Below are positions 1 to 9,637 of a DNA stretch of 64,000 nt, piece by piece; positions within the stretch are counted from its first letter, which is position 1; each line of letters begins with the position of its first letter. The notes below the pieces were generated by a model. It was not told where the DNA came from, did no database searches, and saw only the letters and a list, made by a program, of their open reading frames with translations. The DNA comes from Tissierellia bacterium (GTDB taxonomy: Bacteria > Bacillota > Clostridia > Peptostreptococcales > Acidaminobacteraceae), in NCBI GenBank assembly GCA_012838225.1, contig DUPT01000038.1, positions 10,557 to 74,556 of the forward strand, read 5' to 3'. The translations under genes and the position numbers were made by a program.

Positions 1-425
1 GCTAACTGGTTTTCAGCCCACACATTCCCCTCAGCCATGGTAATGAATTCCATACCAGAATTACCTAGATCCATTATGTGGTGGTGCTTGTGTTGGTGGT
101 GATGTAGATATTGGACTGTTTAATGCTGGTGATGAATCCTGCGACGACTTCGATTTACTGTTCTTAACAGTGTCTTCGGGTGCTGTTTCGCAACAAGCTG
201 CAGAGAATTGAAGCCAGTAAGACTAATGCAAATATTCTTTTCATATTTTCCCTTTTATAGTCAGAGCGAGTGTTTGAAGACAAGAAAAATATTTATTATT
301 TCTTAATTATTGGTTTGGGTGTCAAAAGATTGAGACTCCTTTCCCGATTACTCGATATAGTCACGAGAGTTACTTAGAATACTATATAGCCTATACTAGA
401 GGTTTGCGGCTTTTGACAGTTAAAC

Positions 426-457
426 CAAGAATAAGACGAGATCCTTCCGGTCGTCTT
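426..457 (-). terminator. candidate intrinsic terminator after msrAB
   Basis: Hairpin AAGACGA/TCGTCTT (433-439 / 451-457) lies about 25 nt below the msrAB stop. It is followed on the minus strand by ATTCTTGGTTT. Confidence 0.4.
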
Positions 458-481
458 CTAAGTGAGCGAATGATTGTATGG

Positions 482-1564
482 TCATTCGTCCATTAAGTAC
501 GGTAAAAGCGCTTGCAGGCCTTGCTGCGTCATTTCTTCTTCCGATATAAAGCGAAGACTCACGCCATTGATGCAGTACCTGAGTCCACCCTCACTCCTAG
601 GTCCGTCATTGAAGACATGCCCTAAGTGATTGCCTGATTCCCAGGTCTGAACCTCTGTTCGGTTCATGCCGTGACTGCGATCTTCCAGGTATTGGATCAC
701 ATCAGTAGTGATCGGCTTGGTAAAGCTTGGCCATCCGCAACCGGCATCATACTTGTCCCGGGATGAAAACAGCGGTTGTCCGGTGATCACATCGACATAG
801 ATCCCCCTACCCTCTTGGGTGTTCAATTCACTGGAATGGGCGATTTCTGTACCGGCGTTTTGCGTCACATCGTAGGTGATCGAATCCAGCGTCGCTTTCA
901 GGTCTGCTTGACTGGGTTTCTCGATTCCAGGATAAAGGATATGTTTGCTTTGATTTAGATCCACGTGACAGTATGCTCCGGGATTATTAGCTAAATAGTC
1001 CTGATGATAATCCTCGGCCGGGATATAGTTTTCCAGCTTTTCCACCTCGATATAAGAAGTCTGCCCCAGGCGTTCATGAAAGAGATCCATGGATTGATCG
1101 ATGATCTCCTTGGCTTCATCCGTAACATAGTAGATTCCCGAGCGATATTGTGTTCCGACATCATTTCCCTGCCGGTTGAGCGCTAAGGGATCGACGATCA
1201 GATAGAAGCGGTCTAGTATCTCCGCTAAGTGAATGGTATTGCTGTCATAGTCGATCTTGACCACCTCGGCATGTCCGGTCTTACCGATCTGCCTATAGGT
1301 GGTGTCTTCGGTATCTCCATTGGCATAACCGGACTCGACCTGTAGGATTCCCGGGATCAGCTGATAATAGGCTTCCACGCCCCAGAAGCAGCCGGCAGCC
1401 AGATAGATCGTCCGCTGACTATGATCTGTTCGGGCCGGTATGGGCTTGGTTTGAGCTTCCTCGGCCTCAATGGGTACCGGCGAACAGGCGCTCAGGATGA
1501 CGCCAAGAAGCAATACCCAGCTGATCATCCGTCGCATGGCTTTGTCTGATGGTTGATTGTTCAT
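482..1564 (-). CDS. msrAB: bifunctional peptide-methionine (S)/(R)-sulfoxide reductase MsrA-MsrB fusion, exported or lipoprotein form
   Basis: MsrA motif GCFWGVEAYY is followed by MsrB motifs CGWPSF and RYCINGVSLRF. The N-terminus has a signal/lipobox-like LLLGVILSAC. Start moved to ATG 1564, behind RBS GGGAGGAGAG. Confidence 0.9.
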   Translation of the reverse strand: MNNQPSDKAMRRMISWVLLLGVILSACSPVPIEAEEAQTKPIPARTDHSQRTIYLAAGCFWGVEAYYQLIPGILQVESGYANGDTEDTTYRQIGKTGHAEVVKIDYDSNTIHLAEILDRFYLIVDPLALNRQGNDVGTQYRSGIYYVTDEAKEIIDQSMDLFHERLGQTSYIEVEKLENYIPAEDYHQDYLANNPGAYCHVDLNQSKHILYPGIEKPSQADLKATLDSITYDVTQNAGTEIAHSSELNTQEGRGIYVDVITGQPLFSSRDKYDAGCGWPSFTKPITTDVIQYLEDRSHGMNRTEVQTWESGNHLGHVFNDGPRSEGGLRYCINGVSLRFISEEEMTQQGLQALLPYLMDE

Positions 1565-1801
1565 GGCTCTCCTCCCTAGTGATTTGATCGGTTTAGCTGG
1601 TTGCTGGAACATTCTCCCTCTAGTCTAGCTTAAGTTTACTCTAAGGCGGCAGTTTCGACAAGTTGGGCCGTCTGCTTTATAAACAATGCCGTCTCCATCA
1701 TTCCCCGCGACAAAGTCCATCACTGGATTGTATTTCCATCAGACGGCTAAAAAGTCAGACTTTCGTAAGATATTCCAGGCCTCAGGTGACGTTTCAGTCA
1801 T

Positions 1802-1829
1802 TTGATATTCTGTCGTTTCATGTTAAACT
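1802..1829 (+). promoter_or_regulatory. candidate sigma-A promoter of the ABC/PASTA operon
   Basis: TTGATA, 16 nt, then TGtTAAACT (extended -10), about 25 nt upstream of ATG 1854. Confidence 0.4.
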
Positions 1830-1853
1830 GTTAGCAAGAAAGTGAGGGTTGCT

Positions 1854-3359
1854 ATGAATTATATTAAACGGGCACTGCTCAGCATATCGCGAAAAAAATC
1901 GAAATCATTGCTCTTATTTCTGATCATCTTTATCCTGGGTAATGTCATGGCCGGGGCGATCGCGATTCGCCAAGGGGCCAACAATGTCGAGACGAACATC
2001 AAGCGCCAGCTCGGTGCCGTGTTGACGATCGAGGTCGACAATGAAGCAATTGAGAGAGCCTCCCAGGAGAATCCGGGGAGTCCGCCTGAATGGCCCGGTC
2101 CACTCCAACCTGATCTTTTAAAAACCATTGGGCAATCCTCCTATGTCAAAAGCTTCGACTATACCACCCAGTTCGGTCTGGGTTCTGAGAATCTTCAACG
2201 CTGGATGACGCCTGAGGAAGCCGAATGGTCCATGAATGACACTTATTCCAAGTTCTATGGCTTCCAGCTAAAGGGCACCGAATACCCGCCGGTTATGATC
2301 ATTGAAGAAGGTAAAGCAACGCTCAAAGCCGGACGCACCTTCAGCCAGGATGAAATCTCTACCGGTGTCGGTGTCGCCTTGATCACCCAACAACTGGCGG
2401 ACTACAATAATCTGGGCGTCGGTGATAATATCGTCCTATCCAACTACATATTGGATTATGGGGAAACCGACGGACCGATGGTCGAACCCACCATCACCGA
2501 AAGACGCGATATCCCGCTTCAGATCATTGGCATCTATGAAAATATCGAAAGTCCCGAAGAACCCAATCAGATGGTGGGACAGATCAGTAAATCCGAGCTG
2601 TATAACACGATCATCGTACCCAATCAGACCATCATTGCCGAGCAACAGGCGATGAACGAATACTATATCAGCCAAATGGAAGAAGAGTTGACCGAAGAGC
2701 AAAAAGCTCAGGCCATGCTGACCTACTACACTTCCCTCTTTATCCTGAACAGTCCTGATGATATCGAAGCCTTCAAGGAAGAGACTCAAGCCCTGTTGCC
2801 TCCGTTTTATAAAGTCTTTACCAACAGCGACTCCTTCTCGATCATTGCCGCCCCCGTGCAGCAGACCTCGAAAATGGCCAGCTATGTCCTGATGGTCGCC
2901 ATCGGTGCTTCGATCCTGATCATCAGCCTGGTCGTGATGCTGTTCCTGCGGGATCGAAAGCATGAGCTCGGCATCTACATGTCACTCGGTGAAAAGCGCT
3001 CCAAGGTCATCTCACAGATCGTTATCGAGGTCGTACTGGTGGCGATACTGGCGATCGCGCTTTCGCTGGTCACCGGAAACTTCATCGCTCAGGGGCTATC
3101 GGAATCGATGGTCCGAGATCAACTGATCGCCGAACAGGATCCCTTCAACCCCGACCCGAGTGTCTGGGAGGATCAATGGCGATTTGGCCAATTCGCGTCT
3201 AATATGACAGGCGAGGACATTGCAGAAAACTACCGGATCAATTTCAGTCCGGCCTATATCGGACTGTTCTTCATCATAGGACTGGCAACGGTGTTAATCT
3301 CAACCGTCGTACCGACGCTCTACATCGTACGACTCAACCCAAAACAAGTCTTGATGTAG
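1854..3359 (+). CDS. ABC transporter permease, FtsX/MacB type (1 + 3 TM with a large extracytoplasmic domain)
   Basis: N-terminal TM LLLFLIIFILGNVMAGAIAI, then about 300 aa of soluble loop, then three C-terminal TM helices (FtsX-domain topology). ATG 1854 is preceded by GAGGG. The ATPase gene follows after 9 nt. Confidence 0.8.
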   Translation: MNYIKRALLSISRKKSKSLLLFLIIFILGNVMAGAIAIRQGANNVETNIKRQLGAVLTIEVDNEAIERASQENPGSPPEWPGPLQPDLLKTIGQSSYVKSFDYTTQFGLGSENLQRWMTPEEAEWSMNDTYSKFYGFQLKGTEYPPVMIIEEGKATLKAGRTFSQDEISTGVGVALITQQLADYNNLGVGDNIVLSNYILDYGETDGPMVEPTITERRDIPLQIIGIYENIESPEEPNQMVGQISKSELYNTIIVPNQTIIAEQQAMNEYYISQMEEELTEEQKAQAMLTYYTSLFILNSPDDIEAFKEETQALLPPFYKVFTNSDSFSIIAAPVQQTSKMASYVLMVAIGASILIISLVVMLFLRDRKHELGIYMSLGEKRSKVISQIVIEVVLVAILAIALSLVTGNFIAQGLSESMVRDQLIAEQDPFNPDPSVWEDQWRFGQFASNMTGEDIAENYRINFSPAYIGLFFIIGLATVLISTVVPTLYIVRLNPKQVLM

Positions 3360-3368
3360 GAGGAAGCG

Positions 3369-4043
3369 ATGGCTATTCTTGAAACCAAAAACGTAACTTA
3401 TTATTATCAGGATGGCGACTCGAGACGCTATATCCTGGAGGATACCTCGGTCGAGTTTGAAAAGGGGATCTTCTATTCCATTCTCGGCCAATCGGGCTCA
3501 GGTAAAACGACCTTCCTTTCCCTGATCAGCGCCCTGGACTCACCGGCTGAGGGTGAGATCCTGTATGAGGGACGAAATATCAAGGACATCGGATATGAAA
3601 ACTTCCGCCGCAATAAGGTCGGTATCATCTTTCAATCCTACAATCTCATCCCCTATCTGACAGCACTGGAAAATGTGCTGGTGGCGATGAGTGTGACCGA
3701 AAATGAACTGCCGGAAAATAAAGAAGAGGTCGCCTACAACCTGCTCGACTATATCGGCTTGGCCAAGACCAAAGCCGATCGGCCGGTGACCAAGCTCTCC
3801 GGTGGTGAGCAACAGCGGGTCGCGATCGCCCGGGCCTTGGCCACCAATGTCGATATCATCCTGGCGGATGAGCCGACCGGTAATGTCGATGAGGCGATGG
3901 AGCAAGAGATCGTCAATATCTTCAAAAAATTGGCCCATGAGCATGACAAATGTGTGATCGTGGTCACCCACTCCAAGGAAGTCTCCGATCAATCAGATGA
4001 AACCCTCTACCTCTATAAAGGAAGTTTGAAGGACCATGAGTGA
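3369..4043 (+). CDS. ABC transporter ATP-binding protein (MacB/LolD-like)
   Basis: Walker [10 protein letters not shown], signature [15 protein letters not shown], Walker [23 protein letters not shown]. Confidence 0.92.
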   Translation: MAILETKNVTYYYQDGDSRRYILEDTSVEFEKGIFYSILGQSGSGKTTFLSLISALDSPAEGEILYEGRNIKDIGYENFRRNKVGIIFQSYNLIPYLTALENVLVAMSVTENELPENKEEVAYNLLDYIGLAKTKADRPVTKLSGGEQQRVAIARALATNVDIILADEPTGNVDEAMEQEIVNIFKKLAHEHDKCVIVVTHSKEVSDQSDETLYLYKGSLKDHE

Positions 4044-5601
4044 TTTTCTATCGAAATTCTCTGGCGATAAATACGACGAGCTTTTAAAAGAAGATGCCCA
4101 GGCCAGCCAACTGGTCGAGCAAACCCCCTCGTCCGATTCGGCTGTGTTTGAAAATCCGGCGCCATCGGAGGTGCCTGAGCAGCCGGTCCTGGAGGAGGCG
4201 CCTGATGGAGAACCGGCTCAGCCGGAATCGGTTCCGACGGAACCGCCAAAGGATGATCGCTCCAGCGATATCGTGACACCGCCGCCGGCCTATGTTCCAC
4301 CCGAGCCTAAAAAAACCAAACCAACGCCACCCAAATCGCTCGACAGCTCGCGCCGCTCGACGGCCGAGGACACGGTAGTCGATCCGACCTATCAGAACAA
4401 GCGAAAACGCCAATACATCATTGGCGGGATCATCGGTACGATCCTGCTGCTGTTGGCCTTTTTCCTATGGTATCAGATGAATCACGTTCGGATCCCGGAC
4501 TTTGAAGGCAAGACCCTATCCGAAGCCCGGGTCTGGGGGGCCAGAAATAAGATCGAATTCGTTCCGACGATGGTCTTCAGTAAGGAATTTCCCGAGACCC
4601 AAGTCATCCGACAAGACCCGGCACCCGATCGCAAGATCCGCAAAGGCACCGAGGTCGAAGTCGATGTCTCGAAGGGGCCGGATCCGGATGAAAGACTCCC
4701 CCTGCCCGACTTCGCCAATCTCAATTACGAGGAAGCTCAGCAGTGGGTGCAACAGGAAAAAGCCACCGGGGTATCGCTCATTCTGCAATATGATGCACTC
4801 ATCCCCAGATACGAACATCTGAAGACCGAGTTTCGCTCGCCCGATGTGACCGAGGATAATTATCAGCGCAAGGATGCCGCCATCGTTTATTATTCTCGCG
4901 GAGAAGAACAGTTTGAGAAAAACATCAATGTCCCTGACTTTAGTCGAAAGGCCAAAGCCGAGGTCGACTCCTGGGCCAGCACCAATGGCATCAAGGTCAC
5001 CTATAACGAACAGACCAGCTCCAATGTCGATCAGGGCTTTATCATCTCACAGTCGATCTCAAGCGGAACCAAGATCGCTCGCAATGACGAGTTCAGTGTA
5101 ACGGTCTCCCTCGGCGAGGCCATCATCGTCCCCGACTACACTCAATACTCACCCGAAGAAGCCTCCCAGGTCTCAGGGATGATGCCGCTGATCATGCATC
5201 GCTACAATTCCTGGGTGCCCTATGGCAGCCTGGTATCACAATCCCTACCGGCCGGCACCGAATTGACCGACCAGGACGATAAATCGATCAAGCTGGTCTA
5301 CTCGCTCGGTCTGCCCTATCTCGAGGATATGCGCGGCGTCAAAAACGAAGGCGAACTGCAGCAGTACTTCTTCGATACCTACCGGGCCAAGGGCGCTAAT
5401 GTCACCTATATCACTGAGTATGACTATTCGGATATGCCCAAGGGCATGGTCATCGAACAGAGCAGCTTTGCTCGTTTGGTGCCACTCGATTATGTCGTAA
5501 AGATCACCATCAGCCTCGGTAATGGCGATGGGAACTACGATCCGCTCAATCCCAACGCACCGGTACCGACGGTGCCCGGCGGACCGGATTTCAAAAACTG
5601 A
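4036..5601 (+). CDS. bitopic membrane protein with five PASTA-like repeats and no catalytic domain
   Basis: Acidic, Pro-rich cytoplasmic N-terminus and a single TM, YIIGGIIGTILLLLAFFLWY. Repeats match the PASTA pattern, e.g. IPDFEGKTLSEARVWG...VIRQDPAPDRKIRKGTEVEVDVSKG and VPDFSRKAKAEVDSWA...IISQSISSGTKIARNDEFSVTVSLG. No kinase or transpeptidase motifs. ATG 4036 overlaps the ATPase stop (4041-4043). Confidence 0.75.
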   Translation: MSDFLSKFSGDKYDELLKEDAQASQLVEQTPSSDSAVFENPAPSEVPEQPVLEEAPDGEPAQPESVPTEPPKDDRSSDIVTPPPAYVPPEPKKTKPTPPKSLDSSRRSTAEDTVVDPTYQNKRKRQYIIGGIIGTILLLLAFFLWYQMNHVRIPDFEGKTLSEARVWGARNKIEFVPTMVFSKEFPETQVIRQDPAPDRKIRKGTEVEVDVSKGPDPDERLPLPDFANLNYEEAQQWVQQEKATGVSLILQYDALIPRYEHLKTEFRSPDVTEDNYQRKDAAIVYYSRGEEQFEKNINVPDFSRKAKAEVDSWASTNGIKVTYNEQTSSNVDQGFIISQSISSGTKIARNDEFSVTVSLGEAIIVPDYTQYSPEEASQVSGMMPLIMHRYNSWVPYGSLVSQSLPAGTELTDQDDKSIKLVYSLGLPYLEDMRGVKNEGELQQYFFDTYRAKGANVTYITEYDYSDMPKGMVIEQSSFARLVPLDYVVKITISLGNGDGNYDPLNPNAPVPTVPGGPDFKN

Positions 5602-5606
5602 TGGAT

Positions 5607-5642
5607 CACCTGATGCCTCCGAGGCATCAGGTGTTTATTTTC
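5607..5642 (+). terminator. intrinsic terminator of the ABC/PASTA operon
   Basis: 13-bp stem CACCTGATGCCTC / GAGGCATCAGGTG followed by TTTATTTTC. Confidence 0.75.
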
Positions 5643-5742
5643 GATGATCACTTGCTTCCTCTTTTTTGGCCGATCCTGTAAAGGAGGCTTTTGATCGCCC
5701 GGCGGGCCTTAAAGCCATCAGAAATGGGAACGGAGCAGCTTG

Positions 5743-6924
5743 TTAGCTGCTCCGCTTACGTGAGATCCGATCGAGAATGTTTTGGAGTTTGGCCAGGGTC
5801 ACGCCGTAGTTCGTCATCGGTGTCCCCTGAGCCTTGGCCTGTGCCACCCGGCTTAGCACCTGGCGGCGATTGACCATGCAGCTGCCACACTGGATGATCA
5901 GATCATACGAACTGACATCCTGGGGAAAATCACTCCCTCGGACGAAATCGATCCGAAGCTCCGGGCCGATCCTTCGACGAAGCATCGCCGGGATCTTGAC
6001 GGTCCCGATGTCTTCTTCTATCGGCGCATGCGTGCAGGCTTCGGCGATCAAGACCCGGCTGTTTGGTGTCAGCTGATCGATCGCTCCGGCTGAGTCGATA
6101 AAGTAATCCAGGTCGCCCTTATAGCCGGCAAACAGGATGGAGAAGCTCGTCAGCATCGTCTCCTTCGGTACCAGCGGATAGACCCGGTCAAATACCTGTG
6201 AATCGGTGATGATGACCGATGGCGGCCTAGTCAAGCCGGCCAGGGCTTGAGCGAGCTCCTCCGGATTCGTCACCAGCGTCAGGCAGTGCCGATCGAGCAG
6301 CTCTCTTATCACCTGGACCTGGGGCAGGATCAAGCGTCCCTTAGGGGCGGCCGGGTCTTGGGGCGTGACCAGGACCACGACATCGCCGGCTTCGACGAGG
6401 CCCTCGGTGATGAATCGATCGGCCCGGACACCCAAGGCCGATATCCGCTGACGCAGTGTATCGATGCCTTGGCCGCTCCGTGTGCTGATAGCAAGGACGT
6501 CTTCACCTAGTTGATGCTTGATGGCTTTTAGCAGGAGCGAGCGGTCCTTGAGGTCAACTTTGTTTAGGACGATGATGGTCGGGATGTCGCGACCGGCCAG
6601 CTCATCCCTCCAGGGGGTGATTTCATCGACTGAGTCGGTCATGACCAGTACCGCCAGATCGACCCGATCGAGGATGCGCCTTGTCCGTTCCAGTCGTTTT
6701 TCTCCCAGTTCCCCCTCATCATTGAAGCCGGCGGTATCGATAAAGACGACCGGTCCGACGCCTTGGAGCTCCATGGCTTTGAAGACCGGGTCGGTGGTGG
6801 TTCCCGGTGTCTGAGACACCAGCGCCACATCCTGGAGTGTCAGGGCATTGATCAGCGAGCTTTTTCCGGCATTGGTCGGACCAAAGATCCCGATGTGAAG
6901 CCTTTCGGCCGTGGCTGTTTTCAT
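5743..6924 (-). CDS. hydF: [FeFe]-hydrogenase maturation GTPase HydF
   Basis: GTPase motifs GPTNAGKSS, DTAG, NKVD. C-terminal cluster ligands CTHAP...CGSC (CxH...CxxC). Confidence 0.85.
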   Translation of the reverse strand: MKTATAERLHIGIFGPTNAGKSSLINALTLQDVALVSQTPGTTTDPVFKAMELQGVGPVVFIDTAGFNDEGELGEKRLERTRRILDRVDLAVLVMTDSVDEITPWRDELAGRDIPTIIVLNKVDLKDRSLLLKAIKHQLGEDVLAISTRSGQGIDTLRQRISALGVRADRFITEGLVEAGDVVVLVTPQDPAAPKGRLILPQVQVIRELLDRHCLTLVTNPEELAQALAGLTRPPSVIITDSQVFDRVYPLVPKETMLTSFSILFAGYKGDLDYFIDSAGAIDQLTPNSRVLIAEACTHAPIEEDIGTVKIPAMLRRRIGPELRIDFVRGSDFPQDVSSYDLIIQCGSCMVNRRQVLSRVAQAKAQGTPMTNYGVTLAKLQNILDRISRKRSS

Positions 6925-6931
6925 AGCTACC

Positions 6932-8347
6932 TCAAAAGCGAAAATCGCGTTGACCGGAGTGGATATTGGCGATATATTCCGTGGCGGTCTGTTTTACCTT
7001 GGGGTGAGTGATCCGTTCGAGTTCTTTTTCGATCAACTTCTCGCCTAAGGCTTTGGTCTCGGGCGAAGCGTAGTCTTCGAGATATTCCTTGAGCGTCATC
7101 AGGGCATTGGGCTGACAGATATTGCCGATTTGGCCTGTCTTGACCAGGTGCATGAAGCGATCGCCCGTCCGGCCCTCTCGGTAGCAGGCGGTGCAAAAGC
7201 TCGGGATATGATCGAGCTCTAGCAGCCAGTGGACGATCTCATCGAGGCTTCTTTGATCGGATAGGTCGAACTGAGCGCTGCTCTCATCCGGCAACTCCTC
7301 TTCGGTATAGCCACCGACCGAGGTTTTCGAGGCACCTGAGATCTGGGACACCCCGACCTTCAGGGCCTTTTCCCGGCTGGCCTGGGACTCTCTGGTCGAC
7401 ACGATCAAGCCGGTATAGGGCACGCTGATCCGAAGCAGGGCGACGATCTTTTCAAACAGCTCATCGCTTAGGGCGTCCTTGAAGCTGGCCGGGTCGATAT
7501 CATCGGCCGGACAGATCCGCGGGACGCTGATGGTGTGAGGCCCGACGCCGTGGACGGCCTCCAGATGCTCGGCATGCATCAACAGACCGACCAGTTCATA
7601 GTCATAGTTATTCAGACCAAACAACACCCCCAGACCGACATCATCGATGCCGCCCTGCATGGCCCGATCCATCGCCTCGGTGTGCCAGGCGTAGTTATGC
7701 TTCGGGCCGGTCGGATGAAGCGCTTCATAATTGTCCTTATGATAGGTCTCTTGAAACAGGATATAGGTGCCGATGCCGGCCTCATGGAGCCTTCGATAGT
7801 CCTCGACCGTGGTGGCGGCCACATTGACATTGACCCGGCGGATCTCGCCGTTGTCGTGCTTGATCGAGTAGATCTCTTTGATGCAATCGAGCAGGTATTC
7901 GATCGGGTTATTGATCGGATCCTCCCCCATCTCCAGCGCCAAGCGCTTGTGGCCCATATCCATCAGGGCCAGCGTCTCACGCCTCACCTGCTCCATCGTC
8001 AGCTTCTTGCGCGGGATATGGGTGTTTTTCTTATGATAGGGACAATAGACACAGCCATTGATACAATAATTCGATAAGTAAAGCGGGGCAAACATCACGA
8101 TCCGACGACCATAGAAATGATGCTTGATCTGACTGGCCAGCTCGAATACTTCCTGCCAGAGGTCGGGATCCTTCATATGGATCAGGTCGGCGGCCTCCTG
8201 ATAGGACAGGCCCTCATAGCGGCGGGCCTTTTCAAGGATGGCTCGGTAGTGATCGCTTGGGTAGGTACGGGAGGCTTTCTCCAGGGTATCGAGGATTTCT
8301 TGATGATTGATGAACTCCTCGGCTTTGAGGCTTTTGGGATTATACAT
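6932..8347 (-). CDS. hydG: [FeFe]-hydrogenase maturase HydG (radical SAM tyrosine lyase)
   Basis: Radical-SAM motif CINGCVYC plus C-terminal CTAC-X22-C auxiliary cluster motif. 471 aa. Confidence 0.9.
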   Translation of the reverse strand: MYNPKSLKAEEFINHQEILDTLEKASRTYPSDHYRAILEKARRYEGLSYQEAADLIHMKDPDLWQEVFELASQIKHHFYGRRIVMFAPLYLSNYCINGCVYCPYHKKNTHIPRKKLTMEQVRRETLALMDMGHKRLALEMGEDPINNPIEYLLDCIKEIYSIKHDNGEIRRVNVNVAATTVEDYRRLHEAGIGTYILFQETYHKDNYEALHPTGPKHNYAWHTEAMDRAMQGGIDDVGLGVLFGLNNYDYELVGLLMHAEHLEAVHGVGPHTISVPRICPADDIDPASFKDALSDELFEKIVALLRISVPYTGLIVSTRESQASREKALKVGVSQISGASKTSVGGYTEEELPDESSAQFDLSDQRSLDEIVHWLLELDHIPSFCTACYREGRTGDRFMHLVKTGQIGNICQPNALMTLKEYLEDYASPETKALGEKLIEKELERITHPKVKQTATEYIANIHSGQRDFRF

Positions 8348-9383
8348 TGCTACTTCCTTTAAAATCGCCTCGGCTCATGTCCAGTTGGAGGCCATGACGG
8401 GCGAGTTGGTCTTTCAAGTCGGCCAGGCCCTCGATCGATTCGAGATTCGTGGCCTTCTTGTCAGCATAGATGGCATAGTCTGCCCGGTGCATCGGCGGTG
8501 TCAGATTGGGCATCAAGACATTGGCACTGCTTAGGAGAGACCGAATTCGAGCGGTCTCATCCAGAGTCGAAAGAGCGGTCGTAGCCGGGATCAATGCCCG
8601 CGGCAGTAGGATCCGGACAAGGCTTAGGAGGTAGAGGGTCAAGTCGACATCCCCATCGGGCGCATCACCAAACGGTGTGTCCTCGGCATGGATATACGGT
8701 CCGATCCCGACCATCTCGGGCGAGAGCGACTGAAGCAGCAGCAGATCCTTGGCCAAGGTGGTGACGCTTTGACCGGGGGAACCGACCATCATGCCGGCAC
8801 CGGTCTGATAGCCTAAGGCCTTGAGTGTCTGAAGACAATCGAGCCTTGTCCTAAGCGTCATCGGCTTGGGATGGAGCGTCTCATAATGGCTCTCATCGGC
8901 CGTCTCATGTCGCAGCAGGTAGCGATCGGCACCGGCTAGGCGCAGTCGCTTTAAAGACACGGCTGATCGCTCCCCCAGACTGAGTGTGATGGCGGCCTCG
9001 GGATAGGTAGCTTTTAGGGTTGAAATGATGTCTTCTAGCCGCTCATCACTGAAATAGCTGTCTTCTCCGCCCTGCAGGACAAAGGTCCGGATACCGAGCT
9101 CATAGCCCTGCTTGGCCTGTTGATAGATGTCCGATCGGCTCAGACGGTAGCGGCTTGCCCGGTCGTTACTTCGGCGCAGGCCGCAGTAGCGGCAATCTTT
9201 TCGGCAATAGCTTGAGATCTCGATCAGACCCCGTATGTAGACCTTATTACCGTAGTGGCGTTGTCTTAGAGCGGTGGCATGGGCGATGATCTCGTCTTGC
9301 CACTCAGCTTGTCGAATGATCAGCTCCATCGCAGCGCCGAGTGTCAGCGGCTGAGCCGCCAGCAATGTCTCCAGAGCGTTCAT
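8340..9383 (-). CDS. hydE: [FeFe]-hydrogenase maturase HydE (radical SAM)
   Basis: CRKDCRYC radical-SAM motif. 347 aa, BioB-like fold pattern. 8-nt overlap with hydG. Confidence 0.85.
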   Translation of the reverse strand: MNALETLLAAQPLTLGAAMELIIRQAEWQDEIIAHATALRQRHYGNKVYIRGLIEISSYCRKDCRYCGLRRSNDRASRYRLSRSDIYQQAKQGYELGIRTFVLQGGEDSYFSDERLEDIISTLKATYPEAAITLSLGERSAVSLKRLRLAGADRYLLRHETADESHYETLHPKPMTLRTRLDCLQTLKALGYQTGAGMMVGSPGQSVTTLAKDLLLLQSLSPEMVGIGPYIHAEDTPFGDAPDGDVDLTLYLLSLVRILLPRALIPATTALSTLDETARIRSLLSSANVLMPNLTPPMHRADYAIYADKKATNLESIEGLADLKDQLARHGLQLDMSRGDFKGSSNV

Positions 9384-9637
9384 GCATCGACTCGGTGCTT
9401 GGAATAGACGGTATTACAGACGACGCCCGAGACCTGTCCCAGCTTGCCTGAAAGTGAACTGATCTTGTCTTGATAGCCTAAGACGACCAGGGAGATGACC
9501 GCGATGCCGGGGGCGGCCTTGGGCAACCCCATCCGTCCGACGATCAGATCGGCGTGTTCGTGCAGGATCAGATTGACATCGGCCACCGATGCCGGTCGGT
9601 CGATGATGATGGCGACGATCCCAATGCGTTGTTCCAT
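9380..9637 (-). CDS. small TM1266-type putative iron-only hydrogenase system regulator (ACT/NikR-C-like)
   Basis: 85-aa product MEQRIGIVAIIIDRPASVADVNLILHEHADLIVGRMGLP... from ATG 9637, behind AGGAGAAAAAGT. 4-nt overlap with hydE. The longer track ORF (to 9733) has no RBS. Confidence 0.65.
   Translation of the reverse strand: MEQRIGIVAIIIDRPASVADVNLILHEHADLIVGRMGLPKAAPGIAVISLVVLGYQDKISSLSGKLGQVSGVVCNTVYSKHRVDA

Noticed and set aside
4013-4413. Pro/Arg-rich minus-strand ORFs (95 aa and 109 aa), plus a 60-aa plus-strand ORF over the 5' part of the PASTA gene
   Set aside because: They are mirror images or frame-shifted readings of the Pro/Glu-rich low-complexity head of the PASTA protein. No start signals were seen.
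5676-5873. Strong SD-like AAAGGAGG followed by a TTG-initiated 60-aa ORF downstream of the PASTA operon
   Set aside because: The ORF runs antisense into the 3' end of hydF and through its terminator hairpin. The product has no recognisable features. It lies after a strong terminator with no promoter, so it is probably fortuitous.
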